NCBI GenBank assembly: GCA_963755995.1
Contig: CAVWLQ010000003.1
Coordinates: 836,734 to 900,733, forward strand
DNA: 64,000 bases
Source of the DNA: an uncultured Chloroflexia bacterium
Lineage (GTDB): Bacteria; Chloroflexota; Limnocylindria; Limnocylindrales; CSP1-4
Direction of reading: 5' to 3'
The notes under the pieces are model-generated. The model had not been told where the DNA came from and made no database searches. It was given only the letters and a program-made list of their open reading frames with translations. Position 1 is the first letter of the stretch; each line of letters begins with the position of its first letter. Below, in pieces: positions 17,319-27,139 of this stretch. Position numbers and translations under genes: made by a program.

Positions 17319-18552
17319 TCACAGCTCGCCCGGCGGGGCAACACCGGCGCGCCTGGATGGACCGTGCCCGGCGCCGTCGAACCGGCGCGGGTCGAAGGCG
17401 GTGACGTCGTCCGGCGCCACCTCATCGAGGACCCATCGCGCGACGAGCTCGCCGGCCGCCGCCGCCATCATCGAGCCGAACCCGGCGAGACCACCGACGA
17501 CGTGACCTCCGCCGGGGCCGTTGGGGCCGATGACCGGAAGGCCATCCGGCGTCCGGGCGTAGAAGCCGCCGTCGTGGGCGATGAGATCGAGCGGCCGCTC
17601 GAGGTACGCCGACAGGCCCGGCACGATCGTGGCCGCCCGGGCGACTACCTCGCGCGGGAACGCCACTGGCACGACCGGATCGGCGAGCCGGCTCGCGCGG
17701 CGTCTGATCCCTTGCCCAGCCGAGCTTGATCGCACCCGCGTGACCGCCGGTGTCCGGCTTGACGTGGACGCCGGCCGGCTGGCCGCCGGTCGCATCCAAC
17801 CCGATCGTGAAGGGGGCGTCGGACGGCACGATGCCAAGCGGGTCCCCGACGACGACCTTCTGGCGGAGGACCGTCTCGAGCTCGAGGTTCGCCCCCAGGC
17901 GCGCGGCGACGTCACGAGCGAATGGTCCGGCCGCATTGATGAACCGCTCCGTGGCGATCTCGACGACACCTTCGGGCGTGGCGATGGTGACCGCGGTGAT
18001 CCGGCCGTCGGCCACGGTGGCCCCCACGACCTCGCCCCGCACCAGGCTCACCCCGGCGGCCATCGCCACGTCGAGCATCGCCCGACCGAGCCCGACCGTA
18101 TCGAGGCTCCCGGCCCGCCTGGCGTGGATCGCCCCGCGCAGCCCCGGCGCGAGATGCGGGAATCCCGTGGCGAGCTGCGCGCTGTCGAGGACGGCGACAC
18201 TCCCCGGGTCCACGCCGATCGCGACGCGTTCCGCCACGACCGCCGGCAGCCCGGCGGCCACGTCCGGATCCGCGGTCACGAACAGGTAGCCGCGATGGTC
18301 CATCGCGAACGAGGCGCCGTCCGCCAGGAGACGCTCCACCATCGTGATGCTGCGGTCGGCCAGTGCCACCATCGCCGGCTGCGGCCACCAGTCCCGGTAG
18401 TTGGCGCCGGGCCGATCGCTGGTCAGCGACAGGGGTGGCCGGGGATCCACGAGCACGGTCGTGGTCGAGCCGAGCCGTGCCGCGATCTGCCATGCAGCCG
18501 CGACGCCCGCGATGCCCGCACCGGCGATCACGACGTCCGCGGTCCGCGTCAC
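17319..18552 (-). CDS. FAD-dependent oxidoreductase (DAO family); apparent 1-nt insertion frameshift
   Basis: The N-terminus MTRTADVVIAGAGIAGVAAAWQIA is a GxGxxG FAD fold and reads cleanly to ...GHAGAIKLGW. The C-terminal third (...ASRLADPVVPVAFPREVV...GGFYARTPDGLPVIGP...GLAGFGSMMAAAAGELVARWV) is in the +1 frame (track ORF 17319..17969). Span is 1234 nt (3n+1). Candidate sites are the CCC runs at 17709-17717. Confidence 0.75.
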
Positions 18553-18589
18553 GAGCCGATCCCGCAGACGGTCGGACGGTCCCGCCGGG

Positions 18590-18751
18590 TCAGGCGAGCG
18601 GCAGGACGTGGACCGGGATCGGCGGCACGCGCTCGTAGGTCTCGGTCGTGGCGACCATGTCCTCCGCCGGAATGCCGAGCGCCGCGATGGCCGCCTTGGA
18701 CAGCAGCGCCGCGGGACCGTGTCCCCCGGCTGACGGGATCGAGCGTGGCAT
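18590..18751 (-). CDS. possible small ORF (53 aa), below the track cutoff
   Basis: Manual translation: MPRSIPSAGGHGPAALLSKAAIAALGIPAEDMVATTETYERVPPIPVHVLPLA*. GC3 is very high and it fills the gap between the ABC permease and the FAD oxidoreductase. No homology recognised. Confidence 0.3.
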   Translation of the reverse strand: MPRSIPSAGGHGPAALLSKAAIAALGIPAEDMVATTETYERVPPIPVHVLPLA

Positions 18752-18769
18752 CCATGCTGTGCCGTCTAG

Positions 18770-20464
18770 TCAGCGGGCAAGGTCGCGTCGGCGCATGCCC
18801 CAGCCACCGAGGGCAAGACCGCCCACGGCGATGACGACACAGGCCACGATGCCCGCGCCATCCCAGACGCCGACCATCGGCTGGCCGAGATGGGCGCTGA
18901 GCGCCAGCTGGTGGATCCCGTCGGGCAGGCGCAGGGCGGGCCCGAGCAGGTCGATCATGAAGGTCAGGACGACGATGACCGCGACGACCTCGGCGGCGAT
19001 CGAGGTCCGGACCAGGCCGCCGACCGCGATCCCGATGCCGGCCAGCGCAGCCGTGTACAGGCCGAGGACGATCGCGCCCGCCGCTGGGGTGAGGGCATCG
19101 CTCCCGGCAAGGGCGGCCCCGAGACCGACCGCGATGGCCAGCACGACCGTCATGACCGCGATGGCCAGGTAGACGCCGATCCCGCTCCGGATCGCCCAGG
19201 GGGCTCGTCCGAGTGGCGTCGCGATGAGCATCTCCAGCCGGCCGGACGTCTCGTCGGATGCCCAGCCGCCGACGAGCGTGGCGGCCGCGAACCCGACGAC
19301 GATGAACCCGAGCTGGATGAAGACGACCTGGAGGAAGCCGCCCGCGCTCGTGATGTCGATGTTCGGGAAGACGTTGTTGAAGATCGCCAGCGTGTCCGGC
19401 GACAGGTCCTTGAACGCATCGGCCAGGGAGCCGCTCGCCGCCGCGATGACGAACCCGAAGATGCCCAGGCCGAGACCCCACGCGAGCGCGGTCGGCAGGC
19501 GCTCCCCGAAGGACCGCCCGACCGGACCGCGAACGCCGAGGACCGCTCTCGGCAGGCCCGGGGTCGCGATGGCGCTGGACGCACCCAGATCCCGGCGGGT
19601 GAATGCCTCGGTCCCGAGCGCGAGCAGCACGATCGGCACGAGAGCGACGGGGATGAGCGACGGCCAGTCGGTCATGCCCGCCAACGGCTGATGGCCCGCG
19701 GTCCACGAGAACCATGAGAGGTTGGCGATGGCGCCGAGGACCGGCACGAACGACGAGTACCCGTAGACGAGGAAGGCGGCGATCAGCACGATTCCAGCGA
19801 TCCCGGCGGCCCCGGCCCGTCCGATGAAGGGCGCGAGCACCCAGGCGACGCTGCCGGATGCGAGGGCGATCAGCCCGACCCACAGCGCGTACCCGATCGC
19901 AGCAGATGGGGAGATCGGGTCGCCCGGGAGCGTCCCGAAAGCGGTGCCGGCCAGCCAGGCGGCCAGCGCGAGGACGGCCATGGCCGCGGTGAGGACCGTG
20001 ACGTGGGCGGCCAGCTTCTCGAGCGCCACCCGCCGCCGCCCGAATGGGGCCGACGCCACGAACTCGAGGCTCCCCCGCCGGGCCTCGCTGGCCAGCGTGC
20101 CGGAGAGCGCGAGGATCGACCAGATCGCGGCGATGAACACGATGTACGGGCCGTACTTCCAGGCGATGTAGCCACCGACCGTGCCGACGTTGATCGCCGG
20201 GCCGCTGAACCCCTGCAGGATCGGCGGGATCTCCGTGGCCAGGCGCACGATGTCCGCGCGCGATGCGGGCGTGGAGTAGACCGTGCCGACACCTGCGCCC
20301 GCGATGAGCATCATCCCGCCGAGGATCCCGGCGACGATGATGAAGGTCAGGCGCGAGTCGCGGACGGACTTGGCGTAGATGCTGCCCAAGCCGTAGATGC
20401 GGTGCCAGAGCGAGACGGGTCGCCTAGGCGCCACGAACGGCGCCGGCCGAAGGTCGGTCGCCAT
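18770..20464 (-). CDS. ABC-2-type transporter permease (fused, ~12 TM)
   Basis: Internal ATG 20464 (MATDLRPAPF...), 1 nt after the ATPase stop. 565 aa, highly hydrophobic, with two homologous halves. Confidence 0.8.
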   Translation of the reverse strand: MATDLRPAPFVAPRRPVSLWHRIYGLGSIYAKSVRDSRLTFIIVAGILGGMMLIAGAGVGTVYSTPASRADIVRLATEIPPILQGFSGPAINVGTVGGYIAWKYGPYIVFIAAIWSILALSGTLASEARRGSLEFVASAPFGRRRVALEKLAAHVTVLTAAMAVLALAAWLAGTAFGTLPGDPISPSAAIGYALWVGLIALASGSVAWVLAPFIGRAGAAGIAGIVLIAAFLVYGYSSFVPVLGAIANLSWFSWTAGHQPLAGMTDWPSLIPVALVPIVLLALGTEAFTRRDLGASSAIATPGLPRAVLGVRGPVGRSFGERLPTALAWGLGLGIFGFVIAAASGSLADAFKDLSPDTLAIFNNVFPNIDITSAGGFLQVVFIQLGFIVVGFAAATLVGGWASDETSGRLEMLIATPLGRAPWAIRSGIGVYLAIAVMTVVLAIAVGLGAALAGSDALTPAAGAIVLGLYTAALAGIGIAVGGLVRTSIAAEVVAVIVVLTFMIDLLGPALRLPDGIHQLALSAHLGQPMVGVWDGAGIVACVVIAVGGLALGGWGMRRRDLAR

Positions 20465-20465
20465 G

Positions 20466-21371
20466 TCAGGCCACCTTCGCCGCGTCGCTGTATTCGGCGA
20501 GGAACGTCTCCTCCAGCGACGGCTCGCGGCTGACGAAGTCCAGGACGTCGTACGACGCCGCCGCCCGGACGACCGGCGCGATCGACCCGGACACGCGCAT
20601 CTTGAGATGCTGGCCGTCCACCTCGAGCTGGCTGACCCCGTCCAGGGACTCGAATGCCGCCGTGGGCACGGTGCCGGCGAACTGGAGCTCGACCTGGTGG
20701 TGGGCGAGGTCCCGCATGTCCTCGATCCGGCCGAGACGGACCAGACGCCCGTCACGGATGATCCCCACCCGGTCGCAGGTCTGCTCGACCTCGCTCAGGA
20801 CGTGGCTGGACAGGAACACCGTCCGGCCCTCGGTCCTTGCCTCGCGGATGATCTCGTAGAAGGTCTGCTGGACGAGTGGGTCGAGCCCGGACGTGGGCTC
20901 GTCGAGGATCAGCAGCTCGGGTCGGTGCTGGAGCGCGATGACCAGGCCGATCTTCTGCTTGTTGCCCTTGGAATACTCGCGGAACCGGCGCGTCGGGTCG
21001 ATGTCGAGCCGGGCGACCAGGTCGGCCTGGTACGCCGGGTCCACCCCACCCCGCAGGTTGGCGAAGTAGTCGATCGTCTGGCCGCCGGTCAGCTTGTCGT
21101 AAAGCGTGAACTCGCCGGGCAGGTAGCCGGTCCGGCGGTGGATGGCCACCGGATCGACCGTCGTCTCGATGCCGAAGACGCGCGCGCGCCCGCCGGTCGG
21201 CCGAAGGTGGTCGAGGAGGACGCGGATCGTCGTGGTCTTGCCGGCGCCGTTGGGTCCGAGGAACCCGAAGGCCTCGCCCTCCATGACGGCGAGATCGACC
21301 TCGGCGATCCCGCGGTGCGATCCGTATGACTTGGTCAGGTTCTCGGTCTCGATGATCGGGGTCATGGTCAC
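20466..21371 (-). CDS. ABC transporter ATP-binding protein
   Basis: Walker A GPNGAGKTT, signature YSKGNKQK, Walker B LLILDEPTSGLD, H-loop SSHVL. Confidence 0.9.
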   Translation of the reverse strand: MTMTPIIETENLTKSYGSHRGIAEVDLAVMEGEAFGFLGPNGAGKTTTIRVLLDHLRPTGGRARVFGIETTVDPVAIHRRTGYLPGEFTLYDKLTGGQTIDYFANLRGGVDPAYQADLVARLDIDPTRRFREYSKGNKQKIGLVIALQHRPELLILDEPTSGLDPLVQQTFYEIIREARTEGRTVFLSSHVLSEVEQTCDRVGIIRDGRLVRLGRIEDMRDLAHHQVELQFAGTVPTAAFESLDGVSQLEVDGQHLKMRVSGSIAPVVRAAASYDVLDFVSREPSLEETFLAEYSDAAKVA

Positions 21372-21387
21372 TCCTTGGACACGGTGC

Positions 21388-22071
21388 TCAACGGAACCAT
21401 TCGCGCAGGACGCCTTCGTCGACGAACGTCAGGGATCCGGGCCGGGCTCCCAGGATCCGCTCGAACGCCTCGCCGTACGCCCCCAGGGCACAGATGAGCT
21501 CCTCGAAGGAGATCGTGCCGGCCTCGTGCGCGAGGGCCAGCTGCGTCGCCGACTCGTTCGCGCCCAGGATCAGCGACACGAAGACGCGGGCGGCGTCGCC
21601 CGGCGAGCCGACCGCGAACGAGCCCTCCGCGACGCCCTGGCCGATGATCTCGGCGAAGAGCGGCGTCAGGTTCCTCGCCGTACCGGTCCGCAGCTTCTCC
21701 CGGACGATCGCGTTCTCGTCCGACAGCCAGACCCGCATCACCGCGAGCAGCAGGTCGCGCCGGGCGAGCTTCCAGGCGGCGATCCCGGCGAACGCCCCGC
21801 TCAGCTTGTCCGTCGCGGTCATGTCCGGGTCGGCCACGAGGGGCTCGAGGGACGCTGTCGCCTGGACGATCATCCGCTCGAGGACCGCTTCGAGGAGGTC
21901 CGTCTTCGAATCGAAGTAGTGGTAGAAGGCCCCGCGCGACGCGCCGACGTCATCGAGGACGTCCTGGATGCTCATCTCCTCGTAGCCCGTCGACTGGATG
22001 AGCCGGAGGGCGGCATCGATGAAGGTGTCCCGGCGGACAGCGTGCTCGACGAGGTTGATGGTGCGGGCCAT
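21388..22071 (-). CDS. TetR/AcrR-family transcriptional regulator
   Basis: The N-terminal HTH region is RRDTFIDAALRLIQSTGYEEMSIQDVLDDVGASRGAFYHYFDSKTDLL. First gene of the TetR-ABC ATPase-permease string. Confidence 0.9.
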   Translation of the reverse strand: MARTINLVEHAVRRDTFIDAALRLIQSTGYEEMSIQDVLDDVGASRGAFYHYFDSKTDLLEAVLERMIVQATASLEPLVADPDMTATDKLSGAFAGIAAWKLARRDLLLAVMRVWLSDENAIVREKLRTGTARNLTPLFAEIIGQGVAEGSFAVGSPGDAARVFVSLILGANESATQLALAHEAGTISFEELICALGAYGEAFERILGARPGSLTFVDEGVLREWFR

Positions 22072-22092
22072 GCGATGCGTCTACCAATACTC

Positions 22093-22109
22093 AGACCGAC
22101 TGTCGGTCT
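22093..22109. promoter_or_regulatory. 17-bp perfect palindrome; candidate TetR operator (or terminator of the GH13 gene)
   Basis: AGACCGAC-T-GTCGGTCT lies 22 nt upstream of the tetR start (22071) within AT-richer flanks. It is also 10 nt downstream of the GH13 stop. Confidence 0.5.
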
Positions 22110-22118
22110 AAGAATACA

Positions 22119-23897
22119 TCAATCCTCGCGCGACAGGATCACGACGCTGTACGGCCCGACGGAGATGAGCCCGCTCTGCTTGCAGCCGTCGAGCGCTTCG
22201 CCGTCGGCGTCGAGGTCGTTCGCCTCGTGGCTGCCGAACTCGCGCGAGTAGCCCGCCGCGTCCGAGTTGAAGCGCACGTTCCAGCGGCCGGGTGCCGGGA
22301 ACCCCACCCGCAGATCGTCGATCGTCCGATCGGCGAAGTTCGCGACGACGACCGTGTCGTCGTGCGGCCCGCCGGCGTCCCAGCGGTGCATCACGAGGAC
22401 CTTGGCCTTCTGGTCCGCCCGCAGGATCGCGACATTCGGACCGCGGAGACCGGCGGTCGTGCCATCCGCCGCGCGCCGCAGCGCGATCAGGTCGCGATGG
22501 AGGCGGGCGATCCCGCGGTTCTCAGTCAGCTTGTCCCAGTCCAGCCCGACCGTGTCGTCGAACCAGCCGTCCTCCAGCAGCTCCTGACCCTGGAACAGCA
22601 TCGGGATCCCCGGCGAGGTCAGGACGAGCGCCGCACCCAGGACCGCCCGTTTCTGCGACCACCAGCTGCGCGCGTCGCCGGGTGCGATCGCCTCCGGCAG
22701 GCGGACCAGGCCGTCGGCCACGTCATCGTGCGACTCCGTGTAGATGACCCGGCTCGTCGGGTCGCCACGTCCCGTGCCGACGATGCCGTCGACGATCCGG
22801 TCCATGTCGCGAGCGGCGTCATCGGCGACCTCGAGGCTCGGACGGACCCGCCGGATGAAGCCGACATCCCACTGGGCGGCGAACCCCGCTCCCCCGTCGG
22901 CGGTCGGGGTGACCATGATCGGATCGTCCTCGAGGTCCTCGGCGATCGTGATCTTCCAGGGCTGACGCTCCCGGATCTCGTCGGTGAGCCAGGTCATGAA
23001 CGACCAGCCCTCGGGCAGTGCCGTTTCGGGCGTCGGCACGCCGTCGACCGCCCGGATGAAGACCGTCGAATCGAACCGGAGGCCGTCGCACCGGAACTCC
23101 TCCAGCCACGTCATCGCGCTGTCGCGCAGCATCGTCCGGACCTCGCCGCGACCGTAGTCCGGACGGGTCGCGCCCCACGGCGTGAGGGCGCGGGCATCGT
23201 TGTAGAAGTAGATCCCCCCACCGTCGCCCTCGTACCAGCCATCGAACCGCCACAGGTCGAGGTCCGACGGTCCGAGGTGGTTGTAGACGACGTCGACGAT
23301 GACGGCGATGCCGTGCGCGTGCGCGTCGCGGATGAACCGCTTGAACGCGTCCGGGCCGCCGTAGCCGGACTCGATGGCGAACAGATGCGATGGGTTGTAG
23401 CCCCAGGAGATGTCACCCGCGAACTCGAACGGCGGCATGACCTGGACAGCCGACACGCCCAGTCGTTGCAGGTAGGTCAGCCGCCCGCGGGCGCTGTCGA
23501 ACGAGCCGCGCATGTCGTCCGTCGCGGCGAACGTGCCGACGTGCAGCTCGTAGATCACGAGGTCGTTCCAGTCGGGCATCTGGAACTGGTCAGCCTCCCA
23601 GTCGAACTCGGCCGCGTCGTAGACGATGCTGTTGCCGACCGAGCTCGTGACGTGCCGGGCGTACGGGTCCATCCGCGACAGGTCCCCGTCAGCGGTCCGG
23701 ATCGTGAAGCGGTATTCGTCACCCGGTCGGACGCCGGCGACGTCGGCCGACCACGTCCCGCTCGTGCCGTCACCGTCCCGGGCCAGCGCCGTCCGATCGG
23801 TCGCCCAGTCGTCGAAGGTGCCGGTCACGAAGACGGCCTGTGCGTGGGGCGCCCAGACACGGAACATCGTTCCTGCCTCGTGCGGGATCGCGCCCAT
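22119..23897 (-). CDS. GH13 alpha-amylase-family enzyme with an N-terminal CBM48-like domain (glucan branching enzyme / TreZ-like)
   Basis: Internal ATG 23897 (MGAIPHEAGTMFRVWAP...). GH13 regions: I DVVYNH, II DGLRFDS, III IAEDLE, IV ESHDDV. 592 aa. The upstream 218 codons of the track ORF are shadow. Confidence 0.85.
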   Translation of the reverse strand: MGAIPHEAGTMFRVWAPHAQAVFVTGTFDDWATDRTALARDGDGTSGTWSADVAGVRPGDEYRFTIRTADGDLSRMDPYARHVTSSVGNSIVYDAAEFDWEADQFQMPDWNDLVIYELHVGTFAATDDMRGSFDSARGRLTYLQRLGVSAVQVMPPFEFAGDISWGYNPSHLFAIESGYGGPDAFKRFIRDAHAHGIAVIVDVVYNHLGPSDLDLWRFDGWYEGDGGGIYFYNDARALTPWGATRPDYGRGEVRTMLRDSAMTWLEEFRCDGLRFDSTVFIRAVDGVPTPETALPEGWSFMTWLTDEIRERQPWKITIAEDLEDDPIMVTPTADGGAGFAAQWDVGFIRRVRPSLEVADDAARDMDRIVDGIVGTGRGDPTSRVIYTESHDDVADGLVRLPEAIAPGDARSWWSQKRAVLGAALVLTSPGIPMLFQGQELLEDGWFDDTVGLDWDKLTENRGIARLHRDLIALRRAADGTTAGLRGPNVAILRADQKAKVLVMHRWDAGGPHDDTVVVANFADRTIDDLRVGFPAPGRWNVRFNSDAAGYSREFGSHEANDLDADGEALDGCKQSGLISVGPYSVVILSRED

Positions 23898-23926
23898 CCC
23901 GGGGCGCGTGGACGGCCGAGTCTTTG

Positions 23927-24343
23927 TCACGTGGCGGAGGTGCGGCGGGCGTCCTCGCCCGGGATCCCTCGCGCCGCGAGGGCGGCCGCCAGGGCGTCGA
24001 GATCGTCGACCGTGAGGTAGAGCGCGGGCGTCCGGAGGCGCAGCACCCGGATCGGTGCCAGGAAGTCCAGGCGAATGCCGCCGCGCGGTGAGCCACCGAA
24101 CGTCAGGTCCTGGTGGCGGATGCTCCGGCGGATCCCGATGGCCGTGATCCAGCGCCATGGACCCTCGATCCGCCAACGGCCGATGTTCGCGATCGGGGTC
24201 GTCGCCGTCGCCCACCCGAAGCGCGCCGTCAGGGTGTCGTCGTCGAGGTCGACCCACGCGTCCTCGGGCCCGGCGACGCCAAAGGCCCGGAGGACCGGCC
24301 ACGATCGTGGGCCGAGGCGATAGGCGAACCGTTGGGTGGTCAT
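23927..24343 (-). CDS. hypothetical protein
   Basis: 138 aa with ordinary composition (MTTQRFAYRLGPRSWPVLRAFGV...GRWRIEGPWRWITAIGIR...). No domain recognised. Confidence 0.55.
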   Translation of the reverse strand: MTTQRFAYRLGPRSWPVLRAFGVAGPEDAWVDLDDDTLTARFGWATATTPIANIGRWRIEGPWRWITAIGIRRSIRHQDLTFGGSPRGGIRLDFLAPIRVLRLRTPALYLTVDDLDALAAALAARGIPGEDARRTSAT

Positions 24344-24434
24344 GACCGAAGGCTACCGCCCGGACGGCCGCGACGCCCGCGTGCCAGCGCGAAGCGGCGC
24401 TCGACCAGCGTCGAGCCGTGCGACACTGCAGCCT

Positions 24435-25748
24435 ATGGTCGTCGAGGAGGGACGCGAGATACCTGCCTCCGGGGAACCACCGGCGGCAGTCTGCCCGCGA
24501 TGCGGTCGACGGGTGGACATGGCGACCATCGGGCCAAGGGTCGGGCTGTGCCACTGCCCGGTGTGCGAGGTGTATTCCTGCCGCTGGTGCTGGGCGGGCG
24601 TGGATGATGCCTGCCCGATCTGTGGCGTCTCCTACGGCCCGGCGGCGGTCGCGCCCCGACGGGGGGCAGCGGCCGCGGCGGTCGCCGGCGCAGGCCTGGC
24701 GGCTGCGGCTGCGGCGTCGCCGCCCGAGGCGTCCCCGGCGACGTCGACACCCACGGGAGCGGCCACACCTGGAACGACACCCGAGGCCGCAGCGCCGGCC
24801 GTGGATCCCGCAGCGGCAGCCGCGGCGGCAGGTGCGGCCGGGGCCGGTTCGCGATCCTCCCCGGCTCCGGCCGCGGCGGCCGCGACCGGGGCCGATCCAT
24901 CACCCGGGGTTGCCGCGGCGGCGGCGGCTACCGCGGCCTCGACCCCTCCTCCGGCTCCGGGAAGGAGTGCTCCCGCGGCCCTCCCCGCGGCGGCCTTTGC
25001 GCCCGCAGCCGTCGCGGCGTCCGCGCGCCCGGCGCCGATCGCAGCAGCGAAGCCACGATCCGCGGCGGCCGGGGCAAGTCCGCGTGACCTGCGCGCCCCG
25101 CTCGCGGCCGGGACGATCGTGCTGGCCCTGGCGTTGCTGCTCCTGAACATCGGCGCGGCATTCCGCCCGACCGGAGACGTCAATGGCGACGTCTCGGGGG
25201 CGGAATCCGGCGCATCGGCCACGCCCGCCTCGTCGTCGGCCGACGTGACCAGCGGACCCACCGACACGCCCGGAGGAACCACGACGTCGCCGGGTGCGAC
25301 CCAGCGCCCGGTCGATCCGACGCGACCCGGGCGGACGAACGCCCCGCGACCACCCGGGGGTCCATCGACCGTTCCGGGCGTCGGTCCACGCGCGACCGCA
25401 GGCCCGACCGCGGCCGTGACCCCCGGAACAACGCCCAGGCCGACGACCGCACCCACCGCCGCGCCGACACCCGTCCCGACGCCGGCACCGACGCCCGTAC
25501 CGACGCCGGCGCCGACGCCCGTACCCACGCCCGCGCCGACCCCGACCCCCGACCCGACCCCGACCTGTCACACGGTGCCCGACCTCGTCGGGAAGACCTT
25601 CTCAGCCGCCCGGACCGCCTGGACGGCCGCCGGGTTCACGGGTGGGTTCAACCCGGCGACGGGTCAGAACAAGTTCAAGGTCGCGACCCAGAACCCCGCC
25701 GCCGGCGCCTGCCTGCCGGCGACGGCGACGATGACGGTGACGCGCTAG
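24435..25748 (+). CDS. orphan membrane protein: N-terminal Cys-rich zinc ribbon, Ala/Pro low-complexity region, one TM helix, Pro/Thr linker, C-terminal PASTA domain
   Basis: The N-terminal segment CPRCGRRVD...CHCPVCEVYSCRWCWAGVDDACPICG carries 9 Cys. The TM helix is LAAGTIVLALALLLLNIGAAF. The C-terminus VPDLVGKTFSAARTAWTAAGFTGGF...VATQNPAAGACLPATATMTVT fits the PASTA fold. ATG 24435 is preferred because the track start 24336 would overlap the divergent gene. Confidence 0.65.
   Translation: MVVEEGREIPASGEPPAAVCPRCGRRVDMATIGPRVGLCHCPVCEVYSCRWCWAGVDDACPICGVSYGPAAVAPRRGAAAAAVAGAGLAAAAAASPPEASPATSTPTGAATPGTTPEAAAPAVDPAAAAAAAGAAGAGSRSSPAPAAAAATGADPSPGVAAAAAATAASTPPPAPGRSAPAALPAAAFAPAAVAASARPAPIAAAKPRSAAAGASPRDLRAPLAAGTIVLALALLLLNIGAAFRPTGDVNGDVSGAESGASATPASSSADVTSGPTDTPGGTTTSPGATQRPVDPTRPGRTNAPRPPGGPSTVPGVGPRATAGPTAAVTPGTTPRPTTAPTAAPTPVPTPAPTPVPTPAPTPVPTPAPTPTPDPTPTCHTVPDLVGKTFSAARTAWTAAGFTGGFNPATGQNKFKVATQNPAAGACLPATATMTVTR
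25464..25565 (+). repeat. in-frame 24-nt tandem repeat encoding (PTPVPTPA)n within the PASTA protein linker
   Basis: There are three near-identical 24-nt units (25464-25487, 25488-25511, 25512-25535) followed by a degenerate CCGACC tail. Confidence 0.7.
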
Positions 25749-25778
25749 CCGCCACGGAGCGACTCACATGGTCCGGCC

Positions 25779-26957
25779 TCAGGGCTCCGACCCGACCGGG
25801 ACGGGATCCTCCGAGCTCGGCCACCCGCGTGCCTCGCGGTACCGCTCGATGTACTTCACGAGGAATGCCTGGATGACCGCCGCGAGCGGGATCGCGACGA
25901 TCGCACCGATCGCTCCCGCGAGCTCGGCCCCCAGCAGGAACGCGAACGTGACCACGATCGGGTTCAGCTCGAGGGCACCGGCCCGGACGATCGGGGCGAG
26001 GATGTTCTCGTCGATGAACCAGCCGACGAGCATGACGACCGCGACGACGAGCGCGATCTCCGGCCGGACGAGGAGCGCCACGACGACCGGCGGCAGCCAC
26101 GACACGTACGGCCCGTAGATCGGGATGGCCATGATCAGCCCGGCCAGGAAGGCGGTCGCCGGGCCGAATGGCAGCCCGAAGATCGCGCTGACGAGGAAGG
26201 CCCAGATGCCATACAGGCCGCCCAGCACGAGCTGGCTGCGCAGGAAGCCGGCCGCCGCCGCGCCCACGCTGTGCCGGAACAGCATCGCGTCCTCGCGCTT
26301 GTCCGGGGGCGTCAGGTCGAGTCCGACCCGCATGATCTTGTCCCGGTCGATCGCCATGAACACCGCCAGGCTGAGGACGACGATCGAGTCGACGATCGTC
26401 CCGGCCGCCGACAGGAGGCCGCCGAACAGCCCGACCATCAGGTCCACGGCGTTCTGGACGACATTCGTCAGGAGCGCCTGGAAGGAGCCGATCACGTCGA
26501 CATGGATCCCAGCGTCGTCGAGCCAGCCCTGGAGGTCGGTCAGGAAGGACGGCGGGTGAGCCGCGAGGCCCGGCAACGCGCCGGCCAGCTCGACGAACGA
26601 CTCGCCGAGCGAGGCGACGACCTTCACGAGGACGATCGCGCCGATCACGATGACGGGGACGATGATCGCGATGACCGCGACCGGCCGCGGCAGACGGGTC
26701 AGCCGGCGCTGCAGCCAGTCCGCGACGGGCGAGATGAGGAACGCCAGGAGCCACGCGAAGAAGAAGATGAGGATGATCCGGGAGTAGTTGTCGAAGTAGC
26801 TCGCGAGGAAGCCGAGGACGACGAACCCGACGGCGAGCGTCGTCAGGACGATCAGGGCCTCGATCCACTCCGCTCGTCGATCGAGAACCCGGCGGAGCTG
26901 GCCCGACCCCGGATCCGACGCGACCGACGCTGACCGCGACGCACCGGGCTCCTGCAT
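25779..26957 (-). CDS. AI-2E family transporter (PerM/YhhT-like permease)
   Basis: 392 aa, ~8 TM, with the characteristic long central segment and a C-terminal IPLAAVIQAFLVKYIE block. Confidence 0.85.
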   Translation of the reverse strand: MQEPGASRSASVASDPGSGQLRRVLDRRAEWIEALIVLTTLAVGFVVLGFLASYFDNYSRIILIFFFAWLLAFLISPVADWLQRRLTRLPRPVAVIAIIVPVIVIGAIVLVKVVASLGESFVELAGALPGLAAHPPSFLTDLQGWLDDAGIHVDVIGSFQALLTNVVQNAVDLMVGLFGGLLSAAGTIVDSIVVLSLAVFMAIDRDKIMRVGLDLTPPDKREDAMLFRHSVGAAAAGFLRSQLVLGGLYGIWAFLVSAIFGLPFGPATAFLAGLIMAIPIYGPYVSWLPPVVVALLVRPEIALVVAVVMLVGWFIDENILAPIVRAGALELNPIVVTFAFLLGAELAGAIGAIVAIPLAAVIQAFLVKYIERYREARGWPSSEDPVPVGSEP

Positions 26958-27139
26958 CGTTCCCCTCCTCGGGCTTCGGACCGAACCAGCGCCTGGCGCG
27001 AGTGTACGGGACCGTCAAAGCGCGTCGGATGGCCGAATCCGCGAGCACGCGGGGGCGTTCCGGGCCCAGCTACGCGTACGCCGCGTCGCTCCGGCCGAAG
27101 CCGACGACGCGGCGCACACCCGCTGGGAGCTGACGAAGG

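Noticed and set aside
24336-24434. Track start at 24336 for the zinc-ribbon/PASTA protein.
   Set aside because: It would overlap the start codon of the divergently transcribed gene 23927..24343 and adds only Arg/Ala/Pro-rich sequence. ATG 24435 is used, and even later starts remain possible.
25464-25565. Short tandem repeats that could be mistaken for a CRISPR array or a VNTR locus; also the PKPTP run at about 46940-47030.
   Set aside because: The units are contiguous with no spacers, are in frame, and encode Pro/Thr linkers inside proteins. No cas genes and no repeat-spacer architecture occur anywhere in the window.
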